Shown: positions 44,940 through 57,393 of the stretch, in pieces
How positions within the stretch are numbered: the stretch's first letter is position 1
Layout of the letters: each line of letters begins with the position of its first letter
NCBI GenBank assembly: GCA_963749705.1
Contig: CAVVNQ010000003.1
Span: forward strand, 160,001-224,000
DNA length: 64,000 nucleotides
Reading direction: 5' to 3'
Origin: an uncultured Chloroflexia bacterium
GTDB taxonomy: Bacteria; Chloroflexota; Limnocylindria; Limnocylindrales; CSP1-4
Notes under the pieces: generated by a model
The model's database searches: none
Told to the model about the DNA's origin: nothing
Seen by the model: only the letters and a program-made list of their open reading frames with translations
Translations under genes and position numbers: made by a program

Positions 44940-47351
44940 CTACGTCGCGCGCTCGCGCACGATCCGTCCGAGCTCCAGGTTGCGCACCGCTCCCAGGGCC
45001 GGGATCTGCGACAGCAGCCCCGTGACGACGATCGCGGCCGCCGTCAGCACCAGCGTCGTCGGACGGACCTCGAGGTCGAACCGGAACATGTCCGACGAGA
45101 AGCTGGCCATGAACAGGGCCGACACCAGGTACCCGATCAGCAGGCCGGGCACGAGGCCGATCGCCGTCAGCAGCAGGTTCTCGCCCGTGATCAGGCGCGA
45201 GATCGTGCGGCTTGGCATGCCCAGGGTCCGCAGCACGGCGATCTCGGTCGCCCGCTCCGAGATGCTGGCCACGAGCGTGTTGTAGATCAGGGCGAACGCG
45301 AGGATCCCGCCCAGGACCACCATCACGCCGATGAACACGTAGAACAGGCCCAGGAACTGGTTCATCAGATCGAACAGGGCGTGGTTGTCGATCACGGCCG
45401 CGACGCCGTCGAGCGACCGCAGGCGCGCCACCACGGCATCGGCATCGGCGCCGGCGGCGTAGCGAACGTACGCCACGTTCTCGAGCGGCGCGGATCCGGC
45501 CTCGGCCGGTCCGACGAGACCCGTGACATAGGGCAGCGACGCGTACACGGGCGTGCCCAGCGGCTCGTTCACGAACCCCGCGACCGTGGCGTCCACCGCG
45601 ACCGTCCCGCTGCCGCTGGCTGTCGCGCCTCCGACCGGTGCCAGCGTCGCCAGGCTCAGGTGGACCGTATCGCCCACGTCCACCTGGAGACGATCGCGCA
45701 GCGCGGCTCCGAGGAGCACCCCCTGTGACGGGAGCGAGACCTCGCGCCAGCTCGAATCGTAGAAGCCGTGCATCGCGCTTCCCGGCTCGAGCGCGGTGAG
45801 CTGGGTCAGGTAGGTCCCCGAGCTCGAGGCGACCGCGACGCTCCACTCGGCCCCGGGCTCCACGGCAGCCACGCCGTCGACCGCCGCGATCGCCGACAGC
45901 TCCGACGGCCCGACCGGCGAGATCGGGTAGACCGATGCGTCCTGCCGGATGATGTCCACGAACTGGCGGTGCATCAGGATGTCGATCGTGTCGATCATCC
46001 CCCACGATGCGAGGATCAGCGTCGACGCCATCACCACGCCGCCGATCGTGGCCAGGCTGCGGCGTGGATGGCGCCCGATGCCGCGCAGGGCGACCCGCCA
46101 GCGAACGGGCAGGCGATGGAGCGGCGGGATCAGGCGCTCGGCGAGGCTCTGATGGCCCTGGCCCATGGGGACGATCCCGCGCATCGCCTCGGCCGGTCGC
46201 AGCGCGGTCGCCCGTCGGGCGGGCAGGTAGGCGGCCGCCACGGCCGCCAGGATCCCGATCGCGACGCCCCCGAGCACGGTGGTCGGGCGGACCTCGGCGA
46301 CCCGGCTGGGGATGCCCAGCTCGCCCGTATAGAGCGTACTGATCACGCCCGCCAGCAGCGCACCCAGGAGGGCGCCGATCACCGACCCGACGACGCCGAC
46401 CGCGAGCCCGAAGCTGGTGTAGTGGACGATGATCGTCCGCCGGGCCATGCCGTTGGCGCGCAGCGTGCCGATGATCGCGCGCTGCGACGCGATCATGCGG
46501 CCGAGCAGCACGAACGTGGCGAACGCCGCCGCGCCGAGGAACATCAAGGGGAACGCGAACGACAGCTCGCCGAACCCGCTCACGTCCTCCTGGAGCGCGG
46601 CGTTGGAGGGCTGCTCGGCCCTGGTCATCACGTCCAGCGCGCCCGCGCTGCGCATCGCCGCGCTGGCGGGCTCGGTGGCGTCGGCGGCCTTGTCGGGCGG
46701 GATGTATGCGAGCGCCTGGGCGTGGACCGTGTCCGGAGCCAGTCCGGCGACCAGCGGCTCGGGCGCGAACACGACGCCGAAGTCGCTGGGCAGGACGAAC
46801 ACCTCCTGGCGGCTCTTGGCGGGCCAGATGTACTCGGGCGAGAAGGCGATGCCCAGGACCTGGAGCTGCTGCCAGCCCGAGGCACCCAGGATCTCGATCG
46901 AATCACCCGGCACGAGCCGGAAGTGGTCCGCCATGTGCTTCTCGACCAGGACGCCGTTGGGCACCGACGGATCGAGCCGCCGCCCGTCGAGGACCAGGAC
47001 GTTGTCCACCGGGGCGTCGCTGCCATCGGGGGGCAACCCGATCGCGCGGCCCAGCAGCTGGTGATCGCCCACCCGGATCGGCGTGTCCGAAACGGACCGG
47101 GTCCCGGTTGCCTCGACACCCGGGACCGCCGCGACTGCCTTCGCAACCGCAGCCGGATCCCGCGCGACGGCGGTGACGGCAGCAAAGTGGTTCTCCGCGT
47201 ACAGCTGCTCGTATGAGGCGGTCAGGTTCAGGAACGCGTCGTATGAGGCGCCGAACAGGGCGACACCGAGGACGACCGTCACGACGACGGCGAGGAACGG
47301 GCCGCGTCGCGCCCGGACCTCGCGGAGCATCGAGCGCCGGAGGTACCTCAC
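44940..47351 (-). CDS. ABC transporter permease (duplicated FtsX/MacB-type)
   Basis: IGTLRANG and ERATEIAVLRTLG; GTGA overlap with the ATPase gene. Confidence 0.88.
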   Translation of the reverse strand: MRYLRRSMLREVRARRGPFLAVVVTVVLGVALFGASYDAFLNLTASYEQLYAENHFAAVTAVARDPAAVAKAVAAVPGVEATGTRSVSDTPIRVGDHQLLGRAIGLPPDGSDAPVDNVLVLDGRRLDPSVPNGVLVEKHMADHFRLVPGDSIEILGASGWQQLQVLGIAFSPEYIWPAKSRQEVFVLPSDFGVVFAPEPLVAGLAPDTVHAQALAYIPPDKAADATEPASAAMRSAGALDVMTRAEQPSNAALQEDVSGFGELSFAFPLMFLGAAAFATFVLLGRMIASQRAIIGTLRANGMARRTIIVHYTSFGLAVGVVGSVIGALLGALLAGVISTLYTGELGIPSRVAEVRPTTVLGGVAIGILAAVAAAYLPARRATALRPAEAMRGIVPMGQGHQSLAERLIPPLHRLPVRWRVALRGIGRHPRRSLATIGGVVMASTLILASWGMIDTIDILMHRQFVDIIRQDASVYPISPVGPSELSAIAAVDGVAAVEPGAEWSVAVASSSGTYLTQLTALEPGSAMHGFYDSSWREVSLPSQGVLLGAALRDRLQVDVGDTVHLSLATLAPVGGATASGSGTVAVDATVAGFVNEPLGTPVYASLPYVTGLVGPAEAGSAPLENVAYVRYAAGADADAVVARLRSLDGVAAVIDNHALFDLMNQFLGLFYVFIGVMVVLGGILAFALIYNTLVASISERATEIAVLRTLGMPSRTISRLITGENLLLTAIGLVPGLLIGYLVSALFMASFSSDMFRFDLEVRPTTLVLTAAAIVVTGLLSQIPALGAVRNLELGRIVRERAT

Positions 47352-48130
47352 CAGGTCACCTCCTCGGGACGAACGGGGTTCGCCTGGACGGTGTCGCCCA
47401 CGATCTCGCCGGATCCCAGCCGGAGGACGCGGTCGGCCATGGTGGCGATGACCGAGTTGTGGGTGGCGAGGATCACCGTCCGGCCGCCGGTCCGGGCCAG
47501 CCGGTGGATGACGCCCAGCACCGAGCGACCGACATCGGCGTCGAGCGAGCCGGTGGGCTCGTCGCACAGCAGGATCTCGGGCGACTTGACCAGCGCCCGC
47601 GCGATCGCGACGCGCTGCTGCTCGCCGCCGGACAGCGCGCTCGCGAAGTGATCCACGCGCTCCGCCAATCCGACCGCGTCAAGGGCGGCGCGGGCCTCCG
47701 CCTCGCCCTTGCCCACCAGCTCCGCCACGAGCGCGACGTTCTCGACGGCGGTCAGGGTCGGGACGAGGTTGAAGAACTGGAAGATGAAGCCCACGTCCTC
47801 GCGCCGAAAGGTCGTCAGCGCCTCGTCGTCGAGGCCACCGAGCTCGCGGTCGCCGACCGTGACCCGACCGTCGGTCGCCGTCTCAATTCCGCCTGCGATG
47901 TTCATCAGCGTCGTCTTGCCGGAGCCGCTCGGACCGAGCACGACGACGAACTGGCCGGCCTCGATCTGGAGGTCAATTCCGCGCAGCGCGTGCACGGCGA
48001 CCTCGCCCGTCCCGAACGTCTTCGACACGCCCTCGAACCGGACGGACGCCCCGTCGCGCGCGTTGTGCGCTGCGGCGGGTGCCGCGTCTGCCTCGCTGTG
48101 TGGTCCGGCGTGAACGGCGTCCTCGGTCAT
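47348..48130 (-). CDS. ABC transporter ATP-binding protein (LolD/MacB type)
   Basis: GPSGSGKTT, LSGGEQQRVAIARAL and CDEPTGSLD. Confidence 0.95.
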   Translation of the reverse strand: MTEDAVHAGPHSEADAAPAAAHNARDGASVRFEGVSKTFGTGEVAVHALRGIDLQIEAGQFVVVLGPSGSGKTTLMNIAGGIETATDGRVTVGDRELGGLDDEALTTFRREDVGFIFQFFNLVPTLTAVENVALVAELVGKGEAEARAALDAVGLAERVDHFASALSGGEQQRVAIARALVKSPEILLCDEPTGSLDADVGRSVLGVIHRLARTGGRTVILATHNSVIATMADRVLRLGSGEIVGDTVQANPVRPEEVTW

Positions 48131-48803
48131 GGCGTGCCTCCTCGGGCAGGATCTGCTCGATCCGGGTTCGGGGTCGTCTCGGGCGTTGGGTCGTTCGCGA
48201 GCGTGGTGTCGATCAGCCGAAGCAGGACGTCGCGGAAGCCATCGATGTCGGTGGCCGGATCGATGATCCGGTGGAACAGCAGGCCGTCCAGCGCGGCCGC
48301 CACCAGCACGCCGGTCGCCTCCGGCGGCAGGCCGGACCGAGCGACTCGCCCGCGATTGCCGCAGTCGCGCACGCGCTCGGCCACGAGGGCGCGGAACTCG
48401 CGGATGCCGCCCACCATGACCTCGGCCAAGCGTCGGATCGCGCATCGCCCGGGCCATCGCCTCGATCAGCAGGCTGAAGGCGGGGCTCGAGGGTCGACCC
48501 GGCCGACGGCGTCGACCGCGCCTGCGAGCCCGCCGCACCGAGGGATGCCTCGTCCGCGAACGTTCGCGCGGCCGGTCCGATCTCCTCGTCCATCGCGGAC
48601 ATGACGGCACCGCGGAGCAGGGCATCCATCGATCCGAAGTGGTAGTGGACGAGCGCCGGGTTGACGCCGGCGCGCGTCGCGACGGCGCGTGTCGTGACGG
48701 CGTCCCAGCCGAGCTCGGCGACGAGCTCCACGGCCGCCACCGAGATCTTCTGTCTGGTCGCATCACCCCGTCGGGGGCGCTTGCCGCCCACGATATTGGT
48801 CAT
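48127..48803 (-). pseudogene. TetR-family regulator split across three frames (pseudogene or assembly indels)
   Basis: The HTH (AVATRAGVNPALVHYHFGS), a middle segment (LLIEAMARAMRDP) and the C-terminus (ALDGLLFHRIIDP) lie in three different frames. Confidence 0.75.
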
Positions 48804-48817
48804 ACGCCCAATATCGT
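48790..48817. promoter_or_regulatory. Putative TetR operator
   Basis: Perfect 10-bp inverted repeat ACGATATTGG-N8-CCAATATCGT covering the tetR ATG and its TACGAT -10. Confidence 0.7.
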
Positions 48818-48833
48818 ACCACCGCCAGGGGCG

Positions 48834-49349
48834 TCAGCAGTCGAATGCGAACCAGCAGAGCTCGTTGCGCAGTCGCTGGTCGTCGAGCACGAGGTCTCGG
48901 ATCTCACGGGGCAGCTGCGCGCGCTGCCAGCGACATTCCCGGCGGCCGGCGTCCTCGCCTTCCCCGTCGATCGCCGTCGCACGGGCGGCCCTGACCGCGT
49001 ACGCGGCGGCACCGAGCTCGTGGGCCGCCACATGGCCGACCGCCGCGGCCTGGCCGGCAGCGTACGCGGCATGGCGTGCCGGCCCGCGCAGGTCCCTGGC
49101 CGCAGCGTTTGCGTGGCCGGCCGCCGTGCGTGCCTCTGCCCACGTGACCTCACCACGCGCCCAGGCTCGCGCCAGATCGATCGCGCGTCGCGGACGACCG
49201 TCGTTCGGCCGCGCCTCCTCGAAGTGGTGCAGCACGTGCTCCGCACAGTCGGCCGCCCAGGTCGCGAGCAGGCGATGGTCCCTGTCATCCAGGCTGCCAC
49301 CGCGGCGCACGGTGATGAACCTGGGATCGCGAATCTTGGGCAGGATCAC
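48834..49349 (-). CDS. Imm5-like putative immunity protein
   Basis: LATWAADCAEHVL..DGRPRRAI..AAGQAAAVGHVAAH. Confidence 0.7.
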   Translation of the reverse strand: MILPKIRDPRFITVRRGGSLDDRDHRLLATWAADCAEHVLHHFEEARPNDGRPRRAIDLARAWARGEVTWAEARTAAGHANAAARDLRGPARHAAYAAGQAAAVGHVAAHELGAAAYAVRAARATAIDGEGEDAGRRECRWQRAQLPREIRDLVLDDQRLRNELCWFAFDC

Positions 49350-49423
49350 GGGTGTGGGCGCCCTCGGGTACCGCCGCCGCCGTACGACGCCGCCGCCGCC
49401 GAACGACCGGATGCGAGAGGAAG

Positions 49424-49796
49424 TGGTGGAGATGGGGGAGAGTCGAACTCCCCGTCCAGAACCCTTCGCCAGGACCCACTACGAGCGTGTCCGATGATTT
49501 TCGTCAGCCGGTCGGACGCCCATCGGCAGGCTTCCGTCCGGCCCAGTCACGTGTCCCTAGATCGGGCTTGGCTCCGGACTACGTGACGCTCGTCCGGGCT
49601 GCACCTTCGCTGAGTGACGCTTCCACGGCCCGCGAAGGGGAGGCCGCTTCCACGCTCACCTTACCGCCTAAGCGGCGAGGGCGAGAGCAGGCTGCTTGTT
49701 GGCAGTTACTTCGTTTTGCCGCCGGTTTAACGAGGCCTGACGGCACCTCGGCTCGCGTTCCCTGGCAGCCAAGCCCTGTCGAGACCACGCATCCCC
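49424..49796 (-). ncRNA. ssrA: tmRNA; tag peptide ANKQPALALAA* (49703-49668)
   Basis: 5' GGGGATGCGTGGTCTCGAC and 3' GTTCGACTC...CTCCACCA tRNA-like ends. Internal tag ends in ALAA. Extended -10 TGcTACGAT at 49833-49825. Confidence 0.96.
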
Positions 49797-49946
49797 ACGG
49801 GCCGAACCGCTGTTCGGGGGCGAAATCGTAGCATCGGTCCCGCCGTTCGGCGAGCGGATGCCGGCGGCACGGGCGGGCCCGGCGCCACCTCGAACGACGG
49901 CCCGGGCTATCCTCGGTGCACGCGAACGGACCGGTGAGGATGGGAG

Positions 49947-52180
<2,234 letters not shown>

Positions 52181-52184
<4 letters not shown>

Positions 52185-54931
52185 CCGGACGCGGCGAACC
52201 GGCGGCACCGGCCGGCACGGGCCCCCGCAAGGTTGACCCGAGGGCCACCTATCGCATCCAGCTGACGCCGACCTTCACGTTCGACGACGCGGCCGGCGTG
52301 GCCCCGTACCTCGAGGCGCTGGGCATCAGCCACGTGTACGCCTCACCGTACCTGCGCGCGATGCCGGGCAGCCTGCACGGCTACGACGTCGTCGATCCGC
52401 GTCAGGTCAACCCCGAGCTCGGCGGGGCCGCGGGACACGCACGGTTCTGCGCGGCGCTCGGCAGCCACGGCCTGGGGCAGGTGCTCGACACGGTCCCGAA
52501 CCACATGGCGATCGGGCCCGAGAACCCGTGGTGGTGGGACGTGCTCGAGAACGGCCCTGCCAGCCGCTGGGCGATGACCTTCGACGTCGACTGGGCGCAC
52601 CCCGAGCCGCACCTGCGGGAGCGGGTGCTGCTGCCCGTGCTCGCGGATCACTACGGACGCGTGCTCGAGGCCGGCGACCTGCGCCTCGAGTGGGACGGGA
52701 CGCGGTTCACGATCCGCTACCACGATCAGCGGTTCCCGGCCGCACCCCGCAGCCTCGACGAGCTCCTCGCGCTCGCGGCCGAGCGCGCAGGCTCGGACGA
52801 GCTGGCCTTCCTCGCCGATGCGTTCGGAGCGCTGCCGCCGTCAACGGTGGTGGATCCGGCGGTGCGCGAGCGGCGGCACCGGGACAAGGAGGTCCTCGCC
52901 GCCCGTCTCGCCGCCCTTGCCGCGGCGGAGCCGCGGGTTGCCGAGGGCATCGATGCCGTGGTCGCGGCGACCAACGCGGACCTCGATGCGTTCGACCGCA
53001 TGCTCGAACGACAGAACTATCGCCTGGCCTGGTGGCGTGCCGCGCGCAGGGATCTCGGCTACCGGCGGTTCTTCGATGTCACCACGCTGGTCGGCCTGCG
53101 GATCGAGGACCCGCGCGTGTTCGCCGAGACCCACGCGCTCGTGCTGGAATGGCTGTCCGCAGGCGTCATCGACGGGCTCCGGATCGATCATCCGGACGGG
53201 CTGCTCGACCCGGAGGGCTATCTGCGACGGCTCCGCTGGGCCAGCCCGCGAGCGTGGATCGTGGTCGAGAAGATCCTGGAGCCGGGCGAGGACCTGCGCC
53301 GGAGCTGGCCGGTCGCGGGAACGAGCGGGTACGAGTTCCTGCGCCGGGTCAACCGCCTGCTCGTGGATCCGGCCGGCGAGGCGGGGCTCACGGCGCTCCA
53401 GGCGACGATCACGGGTGAGGATCGCCCGTTCGTCGACATCGCCAGGGAGGCGAAGCAGGCGGTGCTCGACGAGGTGCTGGGCTCGGAGCTGGGCCGGCTC
53501 ACCGCCCTGCTGCTGGATGTGCTGGAACGCCTCCGCCGCCATCGCGACCACACCCGCCATGACCTCCACGAGGCGCTTCGCGCGCTGCTCGTCGCCTTCC
53601 CCGTCTATCGGACCTACGTCCGGATCGACACGGCTGACGACGGCCGCCGGATCGCGAGCGTCGCGCCCGAGGACGAGGCGGTCGTCGCCGAGGCCGTCGA
53701 CGCCGCGAAGGGGCTGCGTCCCGACCTGCCCGAGGACCTGTTCGACATCCTCGGCGACCTGTTGCTGCTCCGGCGGCCCGGTGACGACATGGAGGAGGAG
53801 CTGGCGCTCCGCTTCCAGCAGCTGACGGGGCCGGTGATGGCGAAGGGGATCGAGGACACCGCCTTCTATCGCGACCTGCGCCTGGTATCGCTCAACGAGG
53901 TGGGTGGTGATCCGGGCGCATTCGGGATGACGCCGGCCGCGTTCCATGACGCCAACCTGTCCGCCCAGGAACGTTGGCCCCTCGCGATGCTCACGACGTC
54001 CACGCACGACACGAAGCGCAGCGAGGATGTTCGGGCGCGGCTGGCCGTCCTGTCCGAGCTCCCCGATGAGTGGTCGCGGATCGTCGGGACGTGGCGGCGC
54101 CTCGGCGATCCGTACCGGTCCGGGCCCGGCCCGGACGGCCACGCGGAGTACCTCATGTACCAGACCCTGGTGGGCGCCTGGCCGATCGGGATGGACCGGC
54201 TGGGCCCGTTCCTGGTCAAGGCGCTCCGCGAGGCCAAGCTGCGCACCTCGTGGACGAACGCCGATGAGGCGTACGAGGCCGCCGTGCTCGAATTCGCGGA
54301 CGGGCTCCTCGGCGACGAGTCGTTCACGGCGTCGCTCGACGCGTTCGTCCGGCAGCTGCTGCGCCCCGGCCGCATCAACGCCCTGGCCCAGCTGCTGCTC
54401 AAGCTCACCTCGCCCGGCGTGCCCGACATCTACCAGGGCGTGGAGATCTGGGACCACAGCCTCGTCGACCCCGACAATCGCCGGCCGGTGGACTTCGGCC
54501 TTCGCCGCCGGCTGCTCGCCGAGCTCACCGGGAAGCGGCCCCCGACCCCGGAGGCGCTCGCTCGCCGCCTTGACGATCCCGCCGAGCCGGGATCGCCCAA
54601 GCTCGCCGTGCTGCGCGCCGGGCTCGGGGTGCGAGCCAGGCTCCCGGCGGCGTTCGGGCCGGAGGCGACGTACGTTCCGCTTGCCGCGAGCGGGCCGGCG
54701 GCGGAGCACGTCGTGGCGTATGTGCGGACCGGAGCGGTGGCGGTCGTCGTGCCCCGGCTGACGCTGCGGCTCGGCGGCGCCTGGGCGGGAACCCGCCTCG
54801 CGCTGCCGGCGGGTCGCTGGCGCGACGAGATCACCGGCGTCGTGCATTCCGGCGGACGCACCCAGCCGCCCGTCGAGCAGCTGCTGGCGACCTTCCCGGT
54901 CGCGTTGCTCGTCCGCGAGTCCAGCGCCTGA
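52181..54931 (+). CDS. treY: Malto-oligosyltrehalose synthase
   Basis: ATYRIQL, HGYDVVD, YRRFFD, LRIDHPDGL, STHDTKRSEDVR and LVDPDNRRPVD. Confidence 0.96.
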
Positions 54932-56685
54932 TGAAGCCCCGCGTCTGGGCCCCGCGGCCGGACCGGGTGGAGCTGGTGCTGGTGCCCGCCGGTCCCCGGT
55001 CGGCCGGACCGCGCGTCGTTCATCCCATGGACCGGGACGCCTCGGGCTGGTGGTCGGCGGACCTGGAGGTGCCGCCGGGCGCGAACTACGGGTTCATGGT
55101 GGACGGCGCCGGGCCGTTTCCGGACCCTCGCTCCCCGCACCAGCCGTCCGGGGTTCACGGCCTGTCGCGAGCGGTGGACCACGGATCGTTCCAGTGGTCC
55201 GATCCCGGCTGGCAGCCCCGCCCGTGGGCGACCTCGGTTACCTACGAGCTGCACGTGGGCACGTTCACACCGGCCGGGACGTTCGACGGCGTGATCGATC
55301 GGCTCGACCATCTCGTCGACCTGGGCGTCACCCATGTCGAGCTGATGCCGGTGGTCGAGTTTCCGGGCGACCGCGGTTGGGGATACGACGGGGTGGACCT
55401 GTTCGCGCCCCACCATGCGTACGGAGGGCCGGAAGGGCTGAAGCGGCTCGTCGATGCGTGCCACGCACGCGGGCTCGCGGTGCTGATCGACGTGGTCTGG
55501 AACCACCTGGGCCCGGACGGCAACCACCTCGCCCGGTTCGGGCCGTACTTCAGCACCCGGTACGGCACGCCTTGGGGCGAGGCGGTCAACTTCGACGGTC
55601 CGGGCTCGGACGAGGTCCGGGCATTCGTGCTCGACAACGCCCGGATGTGGCTCCAGGACTACCACGCCGACGGGCTCCGGATCGACGCGGTGCACGAGAT
55701 CTTCGATCGCTCCGCCACGCACATCCTCGAGGCGGTGGCCGGATACGTCCACGAGCTCGGCGCCCGCCTCGGCCGCCCGCTGGTCGCGATCGCCGAGAGC
55801 GACCTCAACGATCCGCGGCTCGTCCGCGACGTCGAGCTCGGCGGGTACGGGCTCGACGCCCAGTGGAGCGACGACCTGCGCCACGCGATCCATGTCGCGC
55901 TGACGGGTGAGCGCGATGCCTACCACGCCCAGTACACCGGGGTGGCCGATGTGGCGGCGGCGCTCGAGCGCGTGTTCGTGTACGACGGACGGTACTCGGC
56001 CTTCCGGGGTCGGCGTCACGGGCGCCCGGTCGGCGCCCTGCCGGCGACCCGGTTCGTCGGGTTTCTCCAGAACCACGACCAGGTGGGCAACCGCGCGCTC
56101 GGCGAACGGATCTCGCACCTGGTTCCGCCGGAGGCGGCGATGGTCGGTGCCGCGCTGGTGCTGCTCGGTCCGTTCGTGCCGCTGCTGTTCGCCGGTGAGG
56201 AGTGGGCTGCGAGCTCGCCGTTCCAGTACTTCACGGATCACGACGACGCCAGCCTGGGCGCGGCCGTCCGCGAGGGGCGCCGGAACGAGTTCCCAGCGTT
56301 TGCCGGCAACCGGGCAGAGGTCCCCGATCCCCAGGCGGCGGCCACCTTCGAGCGCTCCCGGCTCGACTGGTCGGAGCGCGACGACCCGACGCACGCCTCG
56401 ATGCTGGCCTGGTACCGCACCCTGATCACGTTCCGCCGGGACCACCCGGAGCTTTGCGACGGATCACGGCCCACGGTCAGGGTCGAGCCGGCCGAGCGGT
56501 GGCTCGCCTTCGACCGTGGCGGGCTGCGCGTCGTCGCCAACCTTGGCCCGGAGCCGCGCGTCCTCGTGCTCGAGGCCGAAGCCTCCGCGACGATCGTGCT
56601 CGCATCGAGCCCCGATGTCCGCCTGGCCGGGGGTGGAATCCATCTGCCCGGTTGGGCCCTCGGCGTCGTCCGCGCCGGCGACTGA
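54931..56685 (+). CDS. treZ: Malto-oligosyltrehalose trehalohydrolase
   Basis: YELHVGTF, WGYDGV, LRIDAVH and QNHDQVGNRA. Confidence 0.96.
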   Translation: MKPRVWAPRPDRVELVLVPAGPRSAGPRVVHPMDRDASGWWSADLEVPPGANYGFMVDGAGPFPDPRSPHQPSGVHGLSRAVDHGSFQWSDPGWQPRPWATSVTYELHVGTFTPAGTFDGVIDRLDHLVDLGVTHVELMPVVEFPGDRGWGYDGVDLFAPHHAYGGPEGLKRLVDACHARGLAVLIDVVWNHLGPDGNHLARFGPYFSTRYGTPWGEAVNFDGPGSDEVRAFVLDNARMWLQDYHADGLRIDAVHEIFDRSATHILEAVAGYVHELGARLGRPLVAIAESDLNDPRLVRDVELGGYGLDAQWSDDLRHAIHVALTGERDAYHAQYTGVADVAAALERVFVYDGRYSAFRGRRHGRPVGALPATRFVGFLQNHDQVGNRALGERISHLVPPEAAMVGAALVLLGPFVPLLFAGEEWAASSPFQYFTDHDDASLGAAVREGRRNEFPAFAGNRAEVPDPQAAATFERSRLDWSERDDPTHASMLAWYRTLITFRRDHPELCDGSRPTVRVEPAERWLAFDRGGLRVVANLGPEPRVLVLEAEASATIVLASSPDVRLAGGGIHLPGWALGVVRAGD

Positions 56686-56796
56686 TCCCCGCCGGGGGTT
56701 ACCCGCCACCGGTCGAGCCGGTCGCCTGGAGAAGGTCGCACGGTGACGATCGCCTGGAGCCGGCCGCGGACCGACACGCGCCGCTACCATCGCGGG

Positions 56797-57393
56797 GTGC
56801 GCCTGATCGCCTGGGAGGAGGAACGCCTCCAGATCTTCGCGGCGGCGGAGCTCGCTCGCCGTCGCCGGACCGCGGGTCTCGCCCTCAGCCATCCCGAGGC
56901 CGTGGCGCTGATCTGTGACGCGATGCTCGAGGCCGCTCGCGCGGGTGCCTCATACGCGGACGTGGAGGCCGCCGGTCGTGCGGCCGTCGAGCCTGACGAG
57001 GTGCTCGACGGCGTCCGTGAGATCCTGGACGAGGTCCGGCTCGAGGTCCTGCTGGGCGATGGGGCTCGCGTGATCGCCCTGGCCGACCCGCTCGACCGCG
57101 GTCAGGGCCCGGATCCGCTGGGGCCCGGCGCGCTGGTGATCGGCGATGCGGCCGATGTCGAGGTCAACGCCACCCGCGATGCGATCGAGCTCCCCGTGAC
57201 CAGCCGCTCCCGACGGCGGATCCGCGTGTCGTCCCACTACCCGTTCCACCGGGTCAATCCCCGGCTGGCATTCGACCGCGACATGGCGCGAGGGTTCCGG
57301 CTCGACCTGCCCGCGGGCGGCTACGTCGGCTGGGAGCCCGGGGAGACGAAGACCGTTCGCCTGGTGCGGTACGGGGGGACCGCGGGCCGGTGA
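56797..57393 (+). CDS. ureAB: Urease gamma-beta fusion subunit (divergent)
   Basis: Gamma part LARRRR..GL.LSHPEAVALI; beta part VSSHYPF..N..L.FDR..GFRLDLPAG..EPGE. Confidence 0.85.
   Translation: MRLIAWEEERLQIFAAAELARRRRTAGLALSHPEAVALICDAMLEAARAGASYADVEAAGRAAVEPDEVLDGVREILDEVRLEVLLGDGARVIALADPLDRGQGPDPLGPGALVIGDAADVEVNATRDAIELPVTSRSRRRIRVSSHYPFHRVNPRLAFDRDMARGFRLDLPAGGYVGWEPGETKTVRLVRYGGTAGR

Noticed and set aside
48834-49349. Polymorphic toxin-immunity system
   Set aside because: The Imm5-like gene is orphan, with no adjacent toxin; this family commonly stands alone.
34900-49423. Genomic island integrated at the tmRNA 3' end
   Set aside because: No integrase, no duplicated ssrA 3' end and no evident compositional shift were seen.
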